Shown: in pieces, positions 52,922 through 63,054 of the stretch
Numbering within the stretch: position 1 is the first letter of the stretch
Layout of the letters: every line of letters begins with the position of its first letter
Position numbers and translations under genes: made by a program
Notes under the pieces: model-generated
The model's input: the letters and a program-made list of their open reading frames with translations, nothing else
What the model was told of the DNA's origin: nothing
The model's database searches: none
Assembly (NCBI GenBank): GCA_963705085.1
Contig: CAVPIV010000004.1
Coordinates: 794,193 to 858,192 of the forward strand
DNA: 64,000 nucleotides
Direction of reading: 5' to 3'
Origin: an uncultured Thermoleophilia bacterium
GTDB taxonomy: Bacteria; Actinomycetota; Thermoleophilia; UBA2241

Positions 52922-55206
52922 GCCGCTACATCGCCAAGCGCGCCATCCGCGGCGCCACCGCCCTCGTCGCCGAAGCCGAGAAGCTGGTCGCGGAGGCCAT
53001 CGAGGAACTCGGACCGGAGACCCCGGTGCAGTTCACGAATACCGCCTACTTCCTGCCCGTCATCTACGCATTCACGGGCAAGAAGGTCGAGACGCTGGGC
53101 GACCTGCCGCCCGTCCTCGCTCGCTGCAGGTCCCTCCTCCATCCGCTGCCCGCCGACACGATGTGGCTGCCCTATCTCGGCGAGACGCTCGACAGCGGGG
53201 TCGCCACCCTGTTCGCGGAGGAGGTCATCGAGGGCGTGCGCTTCGCCCGCAAGCAGGAGCCGCAGATCATCAAGTTCGACGGCGACGGCGATCACGGCGA
53301 CACGCACTTCTCAGCCGGTACCCTCGGCGTTCACATGGGCAAGATGAAGCTCAACGGCCCCATCGACGACGTCCAGCTCCGCGCCTGGGGCATCCAGCTG
53401 GTCGACGGCCGCATGCCCGGGTTCTGCGCCATCGTCGGCTGCGCCAAGAGCAACGAGGTCGCGGTCAAGATCGTCCGCGAGCTGCAGAGCCGCGGCATCC
53501 TCATCTTCCTCAGCGGCAACGTCAACGGGCGCAGCATCATCCACCAGTTGCAGGAGGAGGGCATCCAGCTCGGCTACGACACGTTCACGGTGCCCTTCGG
53601 CATCGACACGATCTCAGCCGTCTACGCCCTGGGCTTCGCCGCTCGCTCAGCGCTCACCTTCGGCGGCATGGACGCCGGCAACGCCCGCGACATCATGCTC
53701 TACAACAAGTTCCGGGTGTTCGCCTTCGTCCTCGCCCTGGGTGAGGTCGACGACCTCAAGTACGCGACCGCGGCCGGCGCTATCAGCTACGGCTTCCCGG
53801 TGATCGCGGACACCCGCATCCCGCAGATCCTCCCCACCGGCGTCACGACCTACGAGCATGTCGTGAGCATGCCGTTCGACGAGATTCCGGGCGCGGACGA
53901 CATGGAGCGCGCCGAGAAGCTCATCCAGCGCTGCATCGAGGTGCGCGGCGTCAAGGTCAAGATCACCAAGGTGCCGATCCCCGTCTCGTACGGATCGGCC
54001 TTCGAGGGCGAGCGCATCCGCAAGGAGATCATGTACGCCGAGTTCGGGGGCAAGCGCAGCAGGGCCTTCGAGTTCCTGCGCAGCAAGCCCTCGGACGAAG
54101 TCGAGGACGGCAAGATCACGGTCGTCGGCAAGGATTTCGGCGATGTCGAGGAGGGCGCCGCCCTGCCGCTCGGCATCGTCGTCGACGTCTCCGGCCGCAA
54201 GATGCAGGACGACTTCGAGCCGATCGTGGAGCGCCAGTTCCACTATTTCATCAACGGCATCGAGGGTGTCCAGCACAACGGCCAGCGCGACATCACCTGG
54301 ATCCGCGTCGGCAAGACCACCATCGCCAAGGGCTTCAAGCTCGAGCACTTCGGCAAGGTGCTCCACGCGCGCATTCACGAGGTCTTCGGCAACATCATCG
54401 ACAAGGTGCAGGTGCACCTCACGACCGTGCCCGAGGACGTCGGCACGCTCATCGAGGAGGCGCGCGAGGCGTACCGGCAGCGCAACGAGCGCATCGCCAA
54501 CCTCACCGACGAGTCGGTCGACACCTTCTACTCGTGCCTGCTCTGCCAGAGCTTCGCGCCCAACCACGTCTGCGTGGTCAACCCCGAGCGCGTGGGGCTC
54601 TGTGGCGCCTACAACTGGCTCGACTGCAAGGCGTCCTTCGAGATCAACCCGACCGGCCCCAACCAGCCCGTCCCCAAGGGCATCTGCATCGACCCGGTCA
54701 GGGGCGAGTTCACCGGCCCCAACGAGTATATCTACGCGCACTCCAACCAGACGGTCGACCGCGTGACGTTCTACTCGATCATGGAAGCGCCGATGACCTC
54801 CTGCGGCTGCTTCGAGTGCATCATGGTGCTCGTGCCCGAGGCCAACGGCTTCATGATCGTCAGCCGCGAAGACCCCAGCATGACCCCGTGCGGCATGACC
54901 TTCTCGACGCTGGCCGGCACCGCCGGCGGCGGCATGCAGACGCCGGGGATGATGGGCTTCGGCAAGTACTATCTCACCAGCGAGAAGTTCATCTCCGGCG
55001 ACGGCGGCATGCCGCGCATCGTCTGGATGAGCTCCTTCCTCAAGGAGAGCATGCGCCCCGAGCTCGAGGAGATCTGCGAGAGCGCCGGCTGCCCCGGCCT
55101 CCTCGACATGATCGCCGACGAGACGATCTGCACGAGCGTCGACGAGCTCCTCCCCTTCCTTGAAGAGAAGGGGCACCCCGCCCTCACCATGGATCCCCTC
55201 TTCTGA
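52918..55206 (+). CDS. acsB: Acetyl-CoA synthase (A-cluster subunit, AcsB/CdhC)
   Basis: A-cluster motifs CGCFECI, SCG..C; full-length ACS similarity; ATGA overlap with cooS. Confidence 0.9.
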   Translation: MSRYIAKRAIRGATALVAEAEKLVAEAIEELGPETPVQFTNTAYFLPVIYAFTGKKVETLGDLPPVLARCRSLLHPLPADTMWLPYLGETLDSGVATLFAEEVIEGVRFARKQEPQIIKFDGDGDHGDTHFSAGTLGVHMGKMKLNGPIDDVQLRAWGIQLVDGRMPGFCAIVGCAKSNEVAVKIVRELQSRGILIFLSGNVNGRSIIHQLQEEGIQLGYDTFTVPFGIDTISAVYALGFAARSALTFGGMDAGNARDIMLYNKFRVFAFVLALGEVDDLKYATAAGAISYGFPVIADTRIPQILPTGVTTYEHVVSMPFDEIPGADDMERAEKLIQRCIEVRGVKVKITKVPIPVSYGSAFEGERIRKEIMYAEFGGKRSRAFEFLRSKPSDEVEDGKITVVGKDFGDVEEGAALPLGIVVDVSGRKMQDDFEPIVERQFHYFINGIEGVQHNGQRDITWIRVGKTTIAKGFKLEHFGKVLHARIHEVFGNIIDKVQVHLTTVPEDVGTLIEEAREAYRQRNERIANLTDESVDTFYSCLLCQSFAPNHVCVVNPERVGLCGAYNWLDCKASFEINPTGPNQPVPKGICIDPVRGEFTGPNEYIYAHSNQTVDRVTFYSIMEAPMTSCGCFECIMVLVPEANGFMIVSREDPSMTPCGMTFSTLAGTAGGGMQTPGMMGFGKYYLTSEKFISGDGGMPRIVWMSSFLKESMRPELEEICESAGCPGLLDMIADETICTSVDELLPFLEEKGHPALTMDPLF

Positions 55207-55228
55207 TCCGCGACCTGTTGGAGTGCTG

Positions 55229-56179
55229 ATGACTGCTGTGGAGACACCTCTCGAGAAATGGCCCGGCTCCGTGCGTGAGGTCACGCTGGGCGGCGGAGCC
55301 CGCACGTCCGTCACGGTCGGCGGGGAAACCACACTGCCGTTCCTCGGCTTCGAAGGTGCCATGCCGCACCGTCCCGCCCTGGCTCTGGAGATCGAGGACC
55401 GCCGGCCCGAGGGCTGGTCGTCCGAGCTGCTCGCGGCCCTGGGGGAGGTCGTCGACGATCCGGCCGCGTGGGCCAGGCACGGGGTGGAGCTCGGCGCCGA
55501 CCTGATCGCGCTCAAGCTCGACAGCTGTCATCCGGACCGCGGCGACAACGACGCCGCCTACGCCGTCGACCGGGTCAAGCAGGTGCTCGCAGCGGTCGAC
55601 GTGCCGCTCCTCGTGTACGGGCCCGGCACAGCCGAAAAGGACAACGAGGTGCTCGTCGCCGTCGCCGATGCGACCAAGGGCGAGCAGCTCGCCCTCGGGG
55701 TCTGCGAGGAGAAGAACTACCGAACGATCGTCGCCGCCGCCCTCGGCAACAACCACCTCGTCATCGGCGAAACGCCGATCGACGTCAACCTCGCGAAGCA
55801 GCTCAACATCCTCATCTCGGACATGGGTCTGCCACTCGAACGGGTGCTCATGGACCCGAACACGGGAGCGCTTGGCTACGGCCTCGAGTACACGTACTCG
55901 GTCATGGAGCGCCTCCGGCTGGCGGCGCTCATGGGCGACGCGATGACCCAGCAGCCGATGATCTGCCAGGTCGGCTCGGAGGCCTGGCGGCAGAAAGAGG
56001 CGCGGGCCGCCACCGACGTCCCGGAGGCCTGGGGCGACCTCGCGACGCGCGGCGTGGCGTGGGAGATCGCGACCGGCATGACCCTGCTCGAGGCCGGAGC
56101 CGACATCCTGCTCCTCCGTCACCCCGATTCCCTGAGCGCTCTTGGCGCAGCGCTGGACGACCTCGTGAAAGGGGCCTGA
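55229..56179 (+). CDS. acsD: Corrinoid iron-sulfur protein small subunit (AcsD/CdhD)
   Basis: TIM-barrel CdhD similarity; SD GGAG. Confidence 0.85.
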   Translation: MTAVETPLEKWPGSVREVTLGGGARTSVTVGGETTLPFLGFEGAMPHRPALALEIEDRRPEGWSSELLAALGEVVDDPAAWARHGVELGADLIALKLDSCHPDRGDNDAAYAVDRVKQVLAAVDVPLLVYGPGTAEKDNEVLVAVADATKGEQLALGVCEEKNYRTIVAAALGNNHLVIGETPIDVNLAKQLNILISDMGLPLERVLMDPNTGALGYGLEYTYSVMERLRLAALMGDAMTQQPMICQVGSEAWRQKEARAATDVPEAWGDLATRGVAWEIATGMTLLEAGADILLLRHPDSLSALGAALDDLVKGA

Positions 56180-56181
56180 CC

Positions 56182-57531
56182 GTGGCTCTCACCGGACTGC
56201 AGATCTACAAGCTCCTGCCCCAGACGAACTGCAAGGAGTGCGGCTTCCCCACCTGCCTCGCCTTCGCCATGAAGCTCGCCCAGAAGGGCACTGAGCTCGA
56301 CAAGTGCCCGCACGTGAGCGACGAAGCCAAGTCGGCCCTGGACGCCGCCTCGGCGCCGCCGATCAAGCTGGTCGCCGTCGGCGCCGGCGAGCGCGCCTTC
56401 GAGATCGGCAACGAGGTCGTCCTCTTCCGTCACGAGAAGACCTTCTACCACCAGCCCGGCATCGTCGTCCGCGTCGCCAGCGACGATCCGGCGCTGGCCG
56501 AGAAGGCCGCTGCCGTCGCCGGCTACGAGATCGAGCGCGTCGGCATGAAGCTGCGACTCGACGGCCTCGCCGTCCAGCAGGCGGGCGACGCGGCCGCGTT
56601 CGCCGCGGCCGTGGCCGCGGCCCGCGCGGCCGCCCCGGGCCTTCCGCTGGTCCTCGAGAGCGGCGACGCCGCGGCCGTCGATGCTGCCCTGTCGGCCGGA
56701 GCCGCCGTCGAGAAGCCGCTCATCCACGGCGCCACGGCCGCCACCTGCGACGCCATGACCGCGGTGGCCAAGAAGCACGGCTGCCCGCTCGTCATCTGCG
56801 CCGAGGGCGGCGATCTCGGCGCCCTCGTCGATCTCTCCGACAAGGCGCGCGCGGCGGGCGTCGAGGACCTGATCCTCGACGCCGGCGCCGTGTCGCTGGC
56901 CGGCGATCTCGCAGCCCTCACGCAACTGCGCCGCCTGGCGCTCAAGAAGGGGGCCCGCGCGCTCGGCTTCCCGATCCTCGCCGACGCCGGCGCGCCCACG
57001 TGGCAGGCAGAGCTCATTCGCGCCGATCAGGCGATCGCCAAGTACGCGGGGGTCGTCGTCCTGGACCACATGGAGCCGGGCGAGATCTACGCGCTGCTGA
57101 CCCTGCGGCAGAGCATCTACACCGATCCGCAGAAGCCGATCCAGGTCGACCCGAAGCTCTACGAGGTCGGCACCCCCGGCCCCGACAGTCCGCTGCTGAT
57201 CACCACCAACTTCTCCCTCACGTACTTCTCCGTCTCCGGTGAGGTGGAGGGCTCGCGCGTACCGAGCTGGCTGCTGGTGGCGGACTGCGACGGCCAGTCG
57301 GTGCTGACGGCCTGGGCGGCCGGCAAGCTCGACGCCGAGAAGATCGCCAAGACCGTCAAAGCCTCCGGCATCGGCGACAGGCTCACCCACAAGAAGCTCG
57401 TGATCCCCGGCCACGTCGCCGGGCTCTCCGGCGAGGTCGAGGAAGAGCTGCCGGGCTGGCAGATCATGGTCGGCCCCCGCGACGCCGTCGACATCCCGAA
57501 CTACCTCAAGACCGTCTGGGTCGCGGCCTAG
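56182..57531 (+). CDS. acsC: Corrinoid iron-sulfur protein large subunit (AcsC/CdhE)
   Basis: N-terminal 4Fe-4S CKECGFPTCLAFAMKL..CPH motif, C-terminal B12-binding domain; GTG start. Confidence 0.85.
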   Translation: MALTGLQIYKLLPQTNCKECGFPTCLAFAMKLAQKGTELDKCPHVSDEAKSALDAASAPPIKLVAVGAGERAFEIGNEVVLFRHEKTFYHQPGIVVRVASDDPALAEKAAAVAGYEIERVGMKLRLDGLAVQQAGDAAAFAAAVAAARAAAPGLPLVLESGDAAAVDAALSAGAAVEKPLIHGATAATCDAMTAVAKKHGCPLVICAEGGDLGALVDLSDKARAAGVEDLILDAGAVSLAGDLAALTQLRRLALKKGARALGFPILADAGAPTWQAELIRADQAIAKYAGVVVLDHMEPGEIYALLTLRQSIYTDPQKPIQVDPKLYEVGTPGPDSPLLITTNFSLTYFSVSGEVEGSRVPSWLLVADCDGQSVLTAWAAGKLDAEKIAKTVKASGIGDRLTHKKLVIPGHVAGLSGEVEEELPGWQIMVGPRDAVDIPNYLKTVWVAA

Positions 57532-57536
57532 TCTCG

Positions 57537-59504
57537 ATGAGTGACTCGCCCGTGACGACGAGCACGACCGTGATGGCCACGGTCACGTTCTCGCCCTCCG
57601 GCGAGTCGATCGAGGTGCCGGTCGGCACCAGTCTGCTGGACGCCGCGATCCTCTGCGATCTCGACCTCCCCGCCCCCTGCGCCGGTCAGGGCCGATGCGG
57701 CCGCTGCCGCGTGCGCATCATGGGCGGGGAGGTCCAGCGCCGCAGCAACGCGGGTCTCGAGGTCGGCGAGATCGCCGAGGGCTGGGCGGTCGGCTGCAGT
57801 ACCTACGTGACCGGCCCAGTCGAGGTGGAGATACCGCCCCGACGGCGCGAGCGCGTACGACCGCACGGGCACGCGGTGGCTCAGCCGGAAGCTCTCCCGG
57901 CGACCTGTGACTGGCGACGCAACCCGTCCATTCGGAGCTTCTCGCTCGAGCTCGATCCTCCGTCGCTCGCCGACAACACGAGCGACCTCGACCGGCTCCA
58001 GCGCGAGCTGACGCGCCAGTTCGGTTTTGCCGGGCTACGGGCGGAGCTGCCCATCCTCCGGGAGCTCGGCCACGTCCTTCGGGCAGGGGACTGGAAGGTC
58101 CGCGTCACCCTCGAAATGAACGACTGGGCGCACGGGACGACGCTCCCGCCGCGCCTCGTCGACGTGCGGCCGATGCGGGAGATGCCGAGCGACTACGGCC
58201 TCGCCGTGGACGTCGGCACGACCAGCGTCGTCGCGTACCTGGTCGACTTCTCAACGGCGCGCATCGTCGATACCGCCAGCGCCTACAACAAGCAGATCTC
58301 GTGCGGCGAGGACGTCATCTCGCGGATCATCTACGCTCGCCGCCCCGGCGGTCTCGAGCAGCTCGAGACACTGGTCCTCTCGACCATCAACTTCCTCATC
58401 GGACTTCTCGTGGAGCGCAATCACATCACCCCGCGCGACATCCACGAGGTCGCCATCGCCGGCAATACGACCATGACGCACCTGCTCCTCGGCATCGATC
58501 CCCGCTATCTGCGCGAAGAGCCGTACATCCCCACCGTCGCGCAAGCGCCGCGTCTCCTGGCCGAGGATCTCAAGCTGGGTGTCAACGGACTGGCCCGGGT
58601 GCGTTGTCTCCCCGCCGTCGGGAGCTACGTGGGCGGCGACATCACGGCCGGAGTGATCTCCTCAGGGCTGTACGCAACCGAGAAGCTCTCCTTGTTCATC
58701 GACATCGGGACTAACGGCGAGATGGTCCTCGGCAACAAGGACTGGCTCCTCTCCTGCGCGTGTTCCGCCGGCCCCGCCTTCGAAGGCGGCGGCGTGAAGC
58801 ACGGCATGCGCGCCAGCGAGGGCGCCATCGAGGACGTCTACATCGACGATGAGTTCGAACCTTCGTACCGCACCATCGACGACGCTCCGCCCATCGGCAT
58901 CTGCGGGAGCGGGCTCATCGATCTCCTCGGCGAGCTGTTCCTCACAGGGCTCCTCGACAAGTCCGGCCACCTCAACCGGCATGCAAAGACGGATCGCGTT
59001 CGCGTGAGCGACGCCGTGTGCGAGTACGTTGTCGCCCGGGCGGGCGAGAACGACGCGACGCAGGACGTGGTCATCAACGAGACGGATATCGCCTCCCTCC
59101 TGCGCGCCAAGGCGGCGATCTACGCCGGCTACGAGGTCCTCTGCCGGAGTGTCGGCGTCGACCTGGCCGACGTGGAGCAGATCCTCATCGGCGGAGCGTT
59201 CGGCCAGTACATCAACGTCGAGAAGGCGATCCGGATCGGTCTGCTCCCTGATCTGCCCGTGGAGCACTTCCACTTCCTCGGCAACACGAGCGCGCAGGGC
59301 GCCTACGCCACCCTGCTCTGCGCGAACGTGCGCGGCGACGTCCGCGACGTCGCCGCCAAGATGACCTACCTCGAGCTGAGCGCCGACAACACCTTCATGG
59401 ATGAGTACACGTCGGCGCTGTTCCTGCCCCACACGGACCTCGATGCGTTTCCCAGTGTGCGGGGCGCCCTCGCCGCCCGCGGCATCGGAGTGGCCGGCGA
59501 ATGA
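57537..59504 (+). CDS. Reductive activase of corrinoid enzymes (RACo; 2Fe-2S ferredoxin plus ASKHA ATPase)
   Basis: N-terminal plant-type ferredoxin Cys motif (CAGQGRCGRCRV), ASKHA/DUF4445 domain. Confidence 0.8.
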   Translation: MSDSPVTTSTTVMATVTFSPSGESIEVPVGTSLLDAAILCDLDLPAPCAGQGRCGRCRVRIMGGEVQRRSNAGLEVGEIAEGWAVGCSTYVTGPVEVEIPPRRRERVRPHGHAVAQPEALPATCDWRRNPSIRSFSLELDPPSLADNTSDLDRLQRELTRQFGFAGLRAELPILRELGHVLRAGDWKVRVTLEMNDWAHGTTLPPRLVDVRPMREMPSDYGLAVDVGTTSVVAYLVDFSTARIVDTASAYNKQISCGEDVISRIIYARRPGGLEQLETLVLSTINFLIGLLVERNHITPRDIHEVAIAGNTTMTHLLLGIDPRYLREEPYIPTVAQAPRLLAEDLKLGVNGLARVRCLPAVGSYVGGDITAGVISSGLYATEKLSLFIDIGTNGEMVLGNKDWLLSCACSAGPAFEGGGVKHGMRASEGAIEDVYIDDEFEPSYRTIDDAPPIGICGSGLIDLLGELFLTGLLDKSGHLNRHAKTDRVRVSDAVCEYVVARAGENDATQDVVINETDIASLLRAKAAIYAGYEVLCRSVGVDLADVEQILIGGAFGQYINVEKAIRIGLLPDLPVEHFHFLGNTSAQGAYATLLCANVRGDVRDVAAKMTYLELSADNTFMDEYTSALFLPHTDLDAFPSVRGALAARGIGVAGE

Positions 59505-59532
59505 CGGACACCGCTGCGGGAAGGTTGACGAC

Positions 59533-60333
59533 ATGACCATGACCATCGCCGTGGCCGGCAAGGGCGGCACCGGGAAGACGACGCTCGCCGGCCTCATCAT
59601 CCGTCGCCTCGTCGAGGCCCAGGCGAGCCCGATTCTCGCCATCGACGCCGACCCGGCCAGCAACCTGAACACGGTGCTCGGTCTCCCCCTCGAGAAGACC
59701 GTCGGCGACGTCCGCGAGGAGACGAGCGAAAAGGCGCGGGCCAATCTCCTGGAGGCGGGCATCGCCAAGCGCGACCTGCTCGACTACGAGATCAACTCGA
59801 GCGTCGTCGAGGGCGTGGGCGTCGATCTGCTGGCCATGGGCCGGCCCGAAGGCCCAGGCTGCTACTGCGCCGCCAACAACATGCTGCGGGCGATCGTCGA
59901 CACCATTGCCGACGGCTACCCGTGGGTCGTGATTGACAATGAAGCCGGCCTCGAGCACCTCTCGCGGCGGACGACCCGCGATGTCGACGTGCTCTTCATC
60001 GTGAGTGACGCGACCGTGCGCGGCATCATCACGGCCGGCCGCGTGCGCGCCATCCTCGACGAGCTCCAGACCCGCGTGGGCCAGCATTACCTGATCGTCA
60101 ATCGCGCCGCCGAAGGGCTGACTCCGGAGATCGAGAGCGCCATCGCCGAGCAGCGCCTGGAACTGCTGGCGGTGCTCCCCAGCGATCCCCTTGTCGCAGC
60201 GCTCGACGCGAGCGGCCGGCCCATCAGCGAGCTCCCCGAAGACAGTCCCCTCAAGACTGCGTTCGCCAAAGTCCTCGACAGGCTCCCCATTGACGCTCTC
60301 GGCAAGGAGGCCGCACGTGCTGATCATCGGTGA
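59533..60333 (+). CDS. cooC: CooC/AcsF nickel-insertion ATPase
   Basis: P-loop GKGGTGKTT, MinD/ParA-like fold with CxC (GCYCAAN). Confidence 0.85.
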   Translation: MTMTIAVAGKGGTGKTTLAGLIIRRLVEAQASPILAIDADPASNLNTVLGLPLEKTVGDVREETSEKARANLLEAGIAKRDLLDYEINSSVVEGVGVDLLAMGRPEGPGCYCAANNMLRAIVDTIADGYPWVVIDNEAGLEHLSRRTTRDVDVLFIVSDATVRGIITAGRVRAILDELQTRVGQHYLIVNRAAEGLTPEIESAIAEQRLELLAVLPSDPLVAALDASGRPISELPEDSPLKTAFAKVLDRLPIDALGKEAARADHR

Positions 60334-61237
60334 GAATATCCATATCATCGCCCCGCCCGTCAAGCAGGCCATTGAGACTCGCGACGCCAAGTTCATCCAG
60401 GACCTGGCCGTGCGGCAGGTTGAGGCCGGCGCCGGCGTCGTCGACCTCAACATCGGGCCGCAGAAGAAGCTCGGCCACGAGGTGATGCCGTGGATCGTGC
60501 AGGCCGTGCAGGAGGTCGTGGACGTCCCGCTGTCGCTCGACACCACCAACCTCGCGGCGATGCGGGCCGGCCTCGAGGTCTGCAAGCTGCCGGCCGTGAT
60601 CAACTCCGCCTCCGCTGATCCCGAGCGGCTCGACAGCGTCATGCAGCTCGCCGCCGAGTTCGGCGCCAAGGTGATCGCGCTCACGATGGGCGTCGACGGC
60701 ATCCCGACGACGGCCGACGGTCGCGCCGGCATCGCCATGGAAGCTCTGCTCCCCGCCGCCGAGGCCGCCGGCATCCCGATGCCGGACGTCTTCCTGGACC
60801 CGCTGGTCCTCACCGTGACCTGCAACCAGGACGTCGCCGAGGCGGCCGTCGACGCCATCCGCATCTTCAAGCAGCTCTCCGACCCGGCGCCGACCACCGT
60901 CGTCGGTCTGTCCAACGTCTCCAACGGCTGCCCGTCGGAGTTCCGCCCGCTCATCAACCGCACGTATCTGGTGACGCTGATGGGCGCCGGCCTCGACGCG
61001 GCGATCGCCGACCCGCTGGACGAGAAACAGAACGAGTTCATCCGCATCGTCGAGCAGCGGGACGAGAGCACGCCGCTCGGCAAGCTCGTCGTGGCGCTCT
61101 ACGACGCCAGCGCGGCCATGGAGGACCTCGACCCTGCCCTGATCGACCATGACGACCCCGACCAGGTCGACATCTTCAAGACTTACCGCATGCTGCGGAA
61201 TCAGGTCATCTACGCGGACTCGTATCTGCGTATCTGA
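60317..61237 (+). CDS. acsE: Methyltetrahydrofolate:corrinoid/iron-sulfur protein methyltransferase (AcsE)
   Basis: Pterin-binding MeTr domain (IIGENIH, LSLDTTN, GLSNVSNG); SD AAGGAGG 6 nt before GTG. Confidence 0.85.
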   Translation: MLIIGENIHIIAPPVKQAIETRDAKFIQDLAVRQVEAGAGVVDLNIGPQKKLGHEVMPWIVQAVQEVVDVPLSLDTTNLAAMRAGLEVCKLPAVINSASADPERLDSVMQLAAEFGAKVIALTMGVDGIPTTADGRAGIAMEALLPAAEAAGIPMPDVFLDPLVLTVTCNQDVAEAAVDAIRIFKQLSDPAPTTVVGLSNVSNGCPSEFRPLINRTYLVTLMGAGLDAAIADPLDEKQNEFIRIVEQRDESTPLGKLVVALYDASAAMEDLDPALIDHDDPDQVDIFKTYRMLRNQVIYADSYLRI

Positions 61238-61254
61238 GGCGATTCAGGGTCAAC

Positions 61255-61297
61255 GAGGAGCGGGAGCACCGGCTCAGGGCCTGCAGTCCCGCTCCTC
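61255..61297. terminator. Perfect 11-bp inverted repeat hairpin between convergent acsE and small CC-protein gene
   Basis: GAGGAGCGGGA-N21-TCCCGCTCCTC; no U-tract (high-GC genome). Confidence 0.5.
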
Positions 61298-61329
61298 GGC
61301 TCCCCTTGGCCCCTGAGGACCGGCCGCCC

Positions 61330-61518
61330 TCAGACGGCGTCCTCGGCGGGCGCGCTCGTGCCGGTGTCCTCCGCAGGCGGCGTGTAGCTGGTCCACGGAT
61401 CGACGTTGTCGCCGCCCCAGCCGCAACAGCCGCCGTCGCCCTTCATCATCTTCCAGGCGAAGAACGCGCCGGCGCCGACGAGGGCGAGCAACGCAGAGAT
61501 CAAGACGAGCTTCTTCAT
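61330..61518 (-). CDS. Small membrane-anchored protein with vicinal Cys (GDGGCCGWGGD)
   Basis: MKKLVLISALLALVGAGAFFAWKMM TM helix; AGGAGGAGG 7 nt before ATG. Confidence 0.45.
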   Translation of the reverse strand: MKKLVLISALLALVGAGAFFAWKMMKGDGGCCGWGGDNVDPWTSYTPPAEDTGTSAPAEDAV

Positions 61519-61665
61519 GGGGATGCCTCCTCCTGTGTTGGCTGGCTGCATCTTACCGCAGCAGTCGCCGTTCGACTACGTGCCGGCGTTCGGCGGCCGC
61601 GCAGACACGATACCCGCCGGGGGGGACCTGTGTGAGCCGGCCGGGATCTGACATACGCTAGCGGC

Positions 61666-62097
61666 ATGTGGGTCTCGACGCACGTCTTCGCCGGCCTCGC
61701 CATTGCAGCCCTCCTGGGCGGTCCCTGGTGGCTCGTGGCGGTTGCCGTGATCCTGGCGCACATCGTCATGGACTTCATCCCGCACTGGGACTACAGCGCC
61801 CTCGCGCACCCGAATCCGCTGGCCCTGGGCGACTTCCTCGTCAGCTTCAGCGTCCTCCTCATCTGCTGGTTCGGGCTCGGCATGCCGTTCTGGATGGTCT
61901 TCATGGGCGCCTTGAGCGGCGCGCCCGACTGGGACGTCCTCATCGCGACCCTGCGAGGAGAGCACGCCCGCCAGTGGTTCCCCAGCCACTGGCGCAGCTT
62001 CCCCCACGGTCGCGCCCGTCCCCCGTTCGGGATCGGCGTACAGGTCGCCATCATGGTGGCGAGCACCGCCGTCGTCCTCGTCATCTGGCCGTACTGA
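61666..62097 (+). CDS. DUF457-like membrane metal-dependent hydrolase family protein
   Basis: MWVSTHVFAGLA..H..DF.PHWD pattern, 4 TM helices. Confidence 0.5.
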   Translation: MWVSTHVFAGLAIAALLGGPWWLVAVAVILAHIVMDFIPHWDYSALAHPNPLALGDFLVSFSVLLICWFGLGMPFWMVFMGALSGAPDWDVLIATLRGEHARQWFPSHWRSFPHGRARPPFGIGVQVAIMVASTAVVLVIWPY

Positions 62098-62244
62098 CGA
62101 GCGGGTGGCCGGCGGCCGGCGGCGCATCGCCCGCGACATCTCCGGAGCAGCCTGAGTCTTGAGCTTTTGCGGGCGGAGGTGTTCACTCTCCTGCAGACAG
62201 CGTTGCAGCGTTGCCCCCTCAGCTCTCCGGCCCAAGGAGGAACC

Positions 62245-62703
62245 GTGGCGTACGACGTCCAGGTCAAGGAGCTTCCGGCCCAGCTCGCCCTCACGTTCCA
62301 CACGCGCTCCTCGATGGCGACGATCGGTGAAGCGCTGGGTGAGGCCTTCACCGCGATCATGGCGTGCGCGGAGGCGACGGGCGCCCAGTACGCCGGCCCG
62401 CCCTTCGCCCTCTATCCCTCGGAAGTCACCGCGGAGTTCGACGTCGTCGTCTGCGTGCCCGTGGCCGCCGCGGCGACGGACACGCCCGGCGTCGCCCTCG
62501 AGGAGGTGCCGAGCGTCACCGTCGTCAGCACCGTGCACAAGGGATCGTATGCACGCCTGGGCGACGCCTACGGCGCCCTGCAGGCGTGGATGGTGGTCAA
62601 CGGCAAGAAGCCGGGCGGACCGTGCCGTGAGGTGTACCTGAACGACGTCGGGACCGTCCCCGAAGACGAACTTCTCACCGAGATCGACTGGCCGTTCGCC
62701 TGA
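62245..62703 (+). CDS. GyrI-like small-molecule-binding domain protein
   Basis: SOUL/GyrI-like fold signature (VEIDWP near C-terminus); AGGAGG before GTG. Confidence 0.55.
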   Translation: MAYDVQVKELPAQLALTFHTRSSMATIGEALGEAFTAIMACAEATGAQYAGPPFALYPSEVTAEFDVVVCVPVAAAATDTPGVALEEVPSVTVVSTVHKGSYARLGDAYGALQAWMVVNGKKPGGPCREVYLNDVGTVPEDELLTEIDWPFA

Positions 62704-62791
62704 CAGGCGCCTCGCCGGCGGCCGGGTGCCGCCGGGCGCGAGAATGCGGTACACTACGAGCCCGCGGCGCTCCTCAGCCGCGTTGGTGCGC

Positions 62792-62884
62792 GGAGAAGTG
62801 GCCGAGTGGCTGAAGGCAACCGCCTGCTAAGCGGTTAAGGGGTGTCAAACTCCTTCCCGGGTTCGAATCCCGGCTTCTCCGCCA
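62792..62884 (+). tRNA. tRNA-Ser (anticodon GCU), type II
   Basis: GGAGAAG acceptor, anticodon loop CUGCUAA, long variable arm, GGUUCGAAUCC, CCA encoded. Confidence 0.9.
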
Positions 62885-62942
62885 ATCTCCGCCCGCCCAG
62901 GGTTTTCGCACTCGTCCTCCTCCGCTATACTTCGAAGTCCAC

Positions 62943-63020
62943 GCGCCTGTAGCTCAGCTGGATTAGAGCGTCGGTCTACGGAACCGAAGGTCACAGGTTC
63001 GAATCCTGTCAGGCGCGCCA
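62943..63020 (+). tRNA. tRNA-Arg (anticodon ACG)
   Basis: GCGCCUG acceptor, anticodon loop CUACGGA, GGUUCGAAUCC, CCA encoded. Confidence 0.9.
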
Positions 63021-63054
63021 CCCCTATCCCCTACAGAGTGTCAGCAACGTCGCC

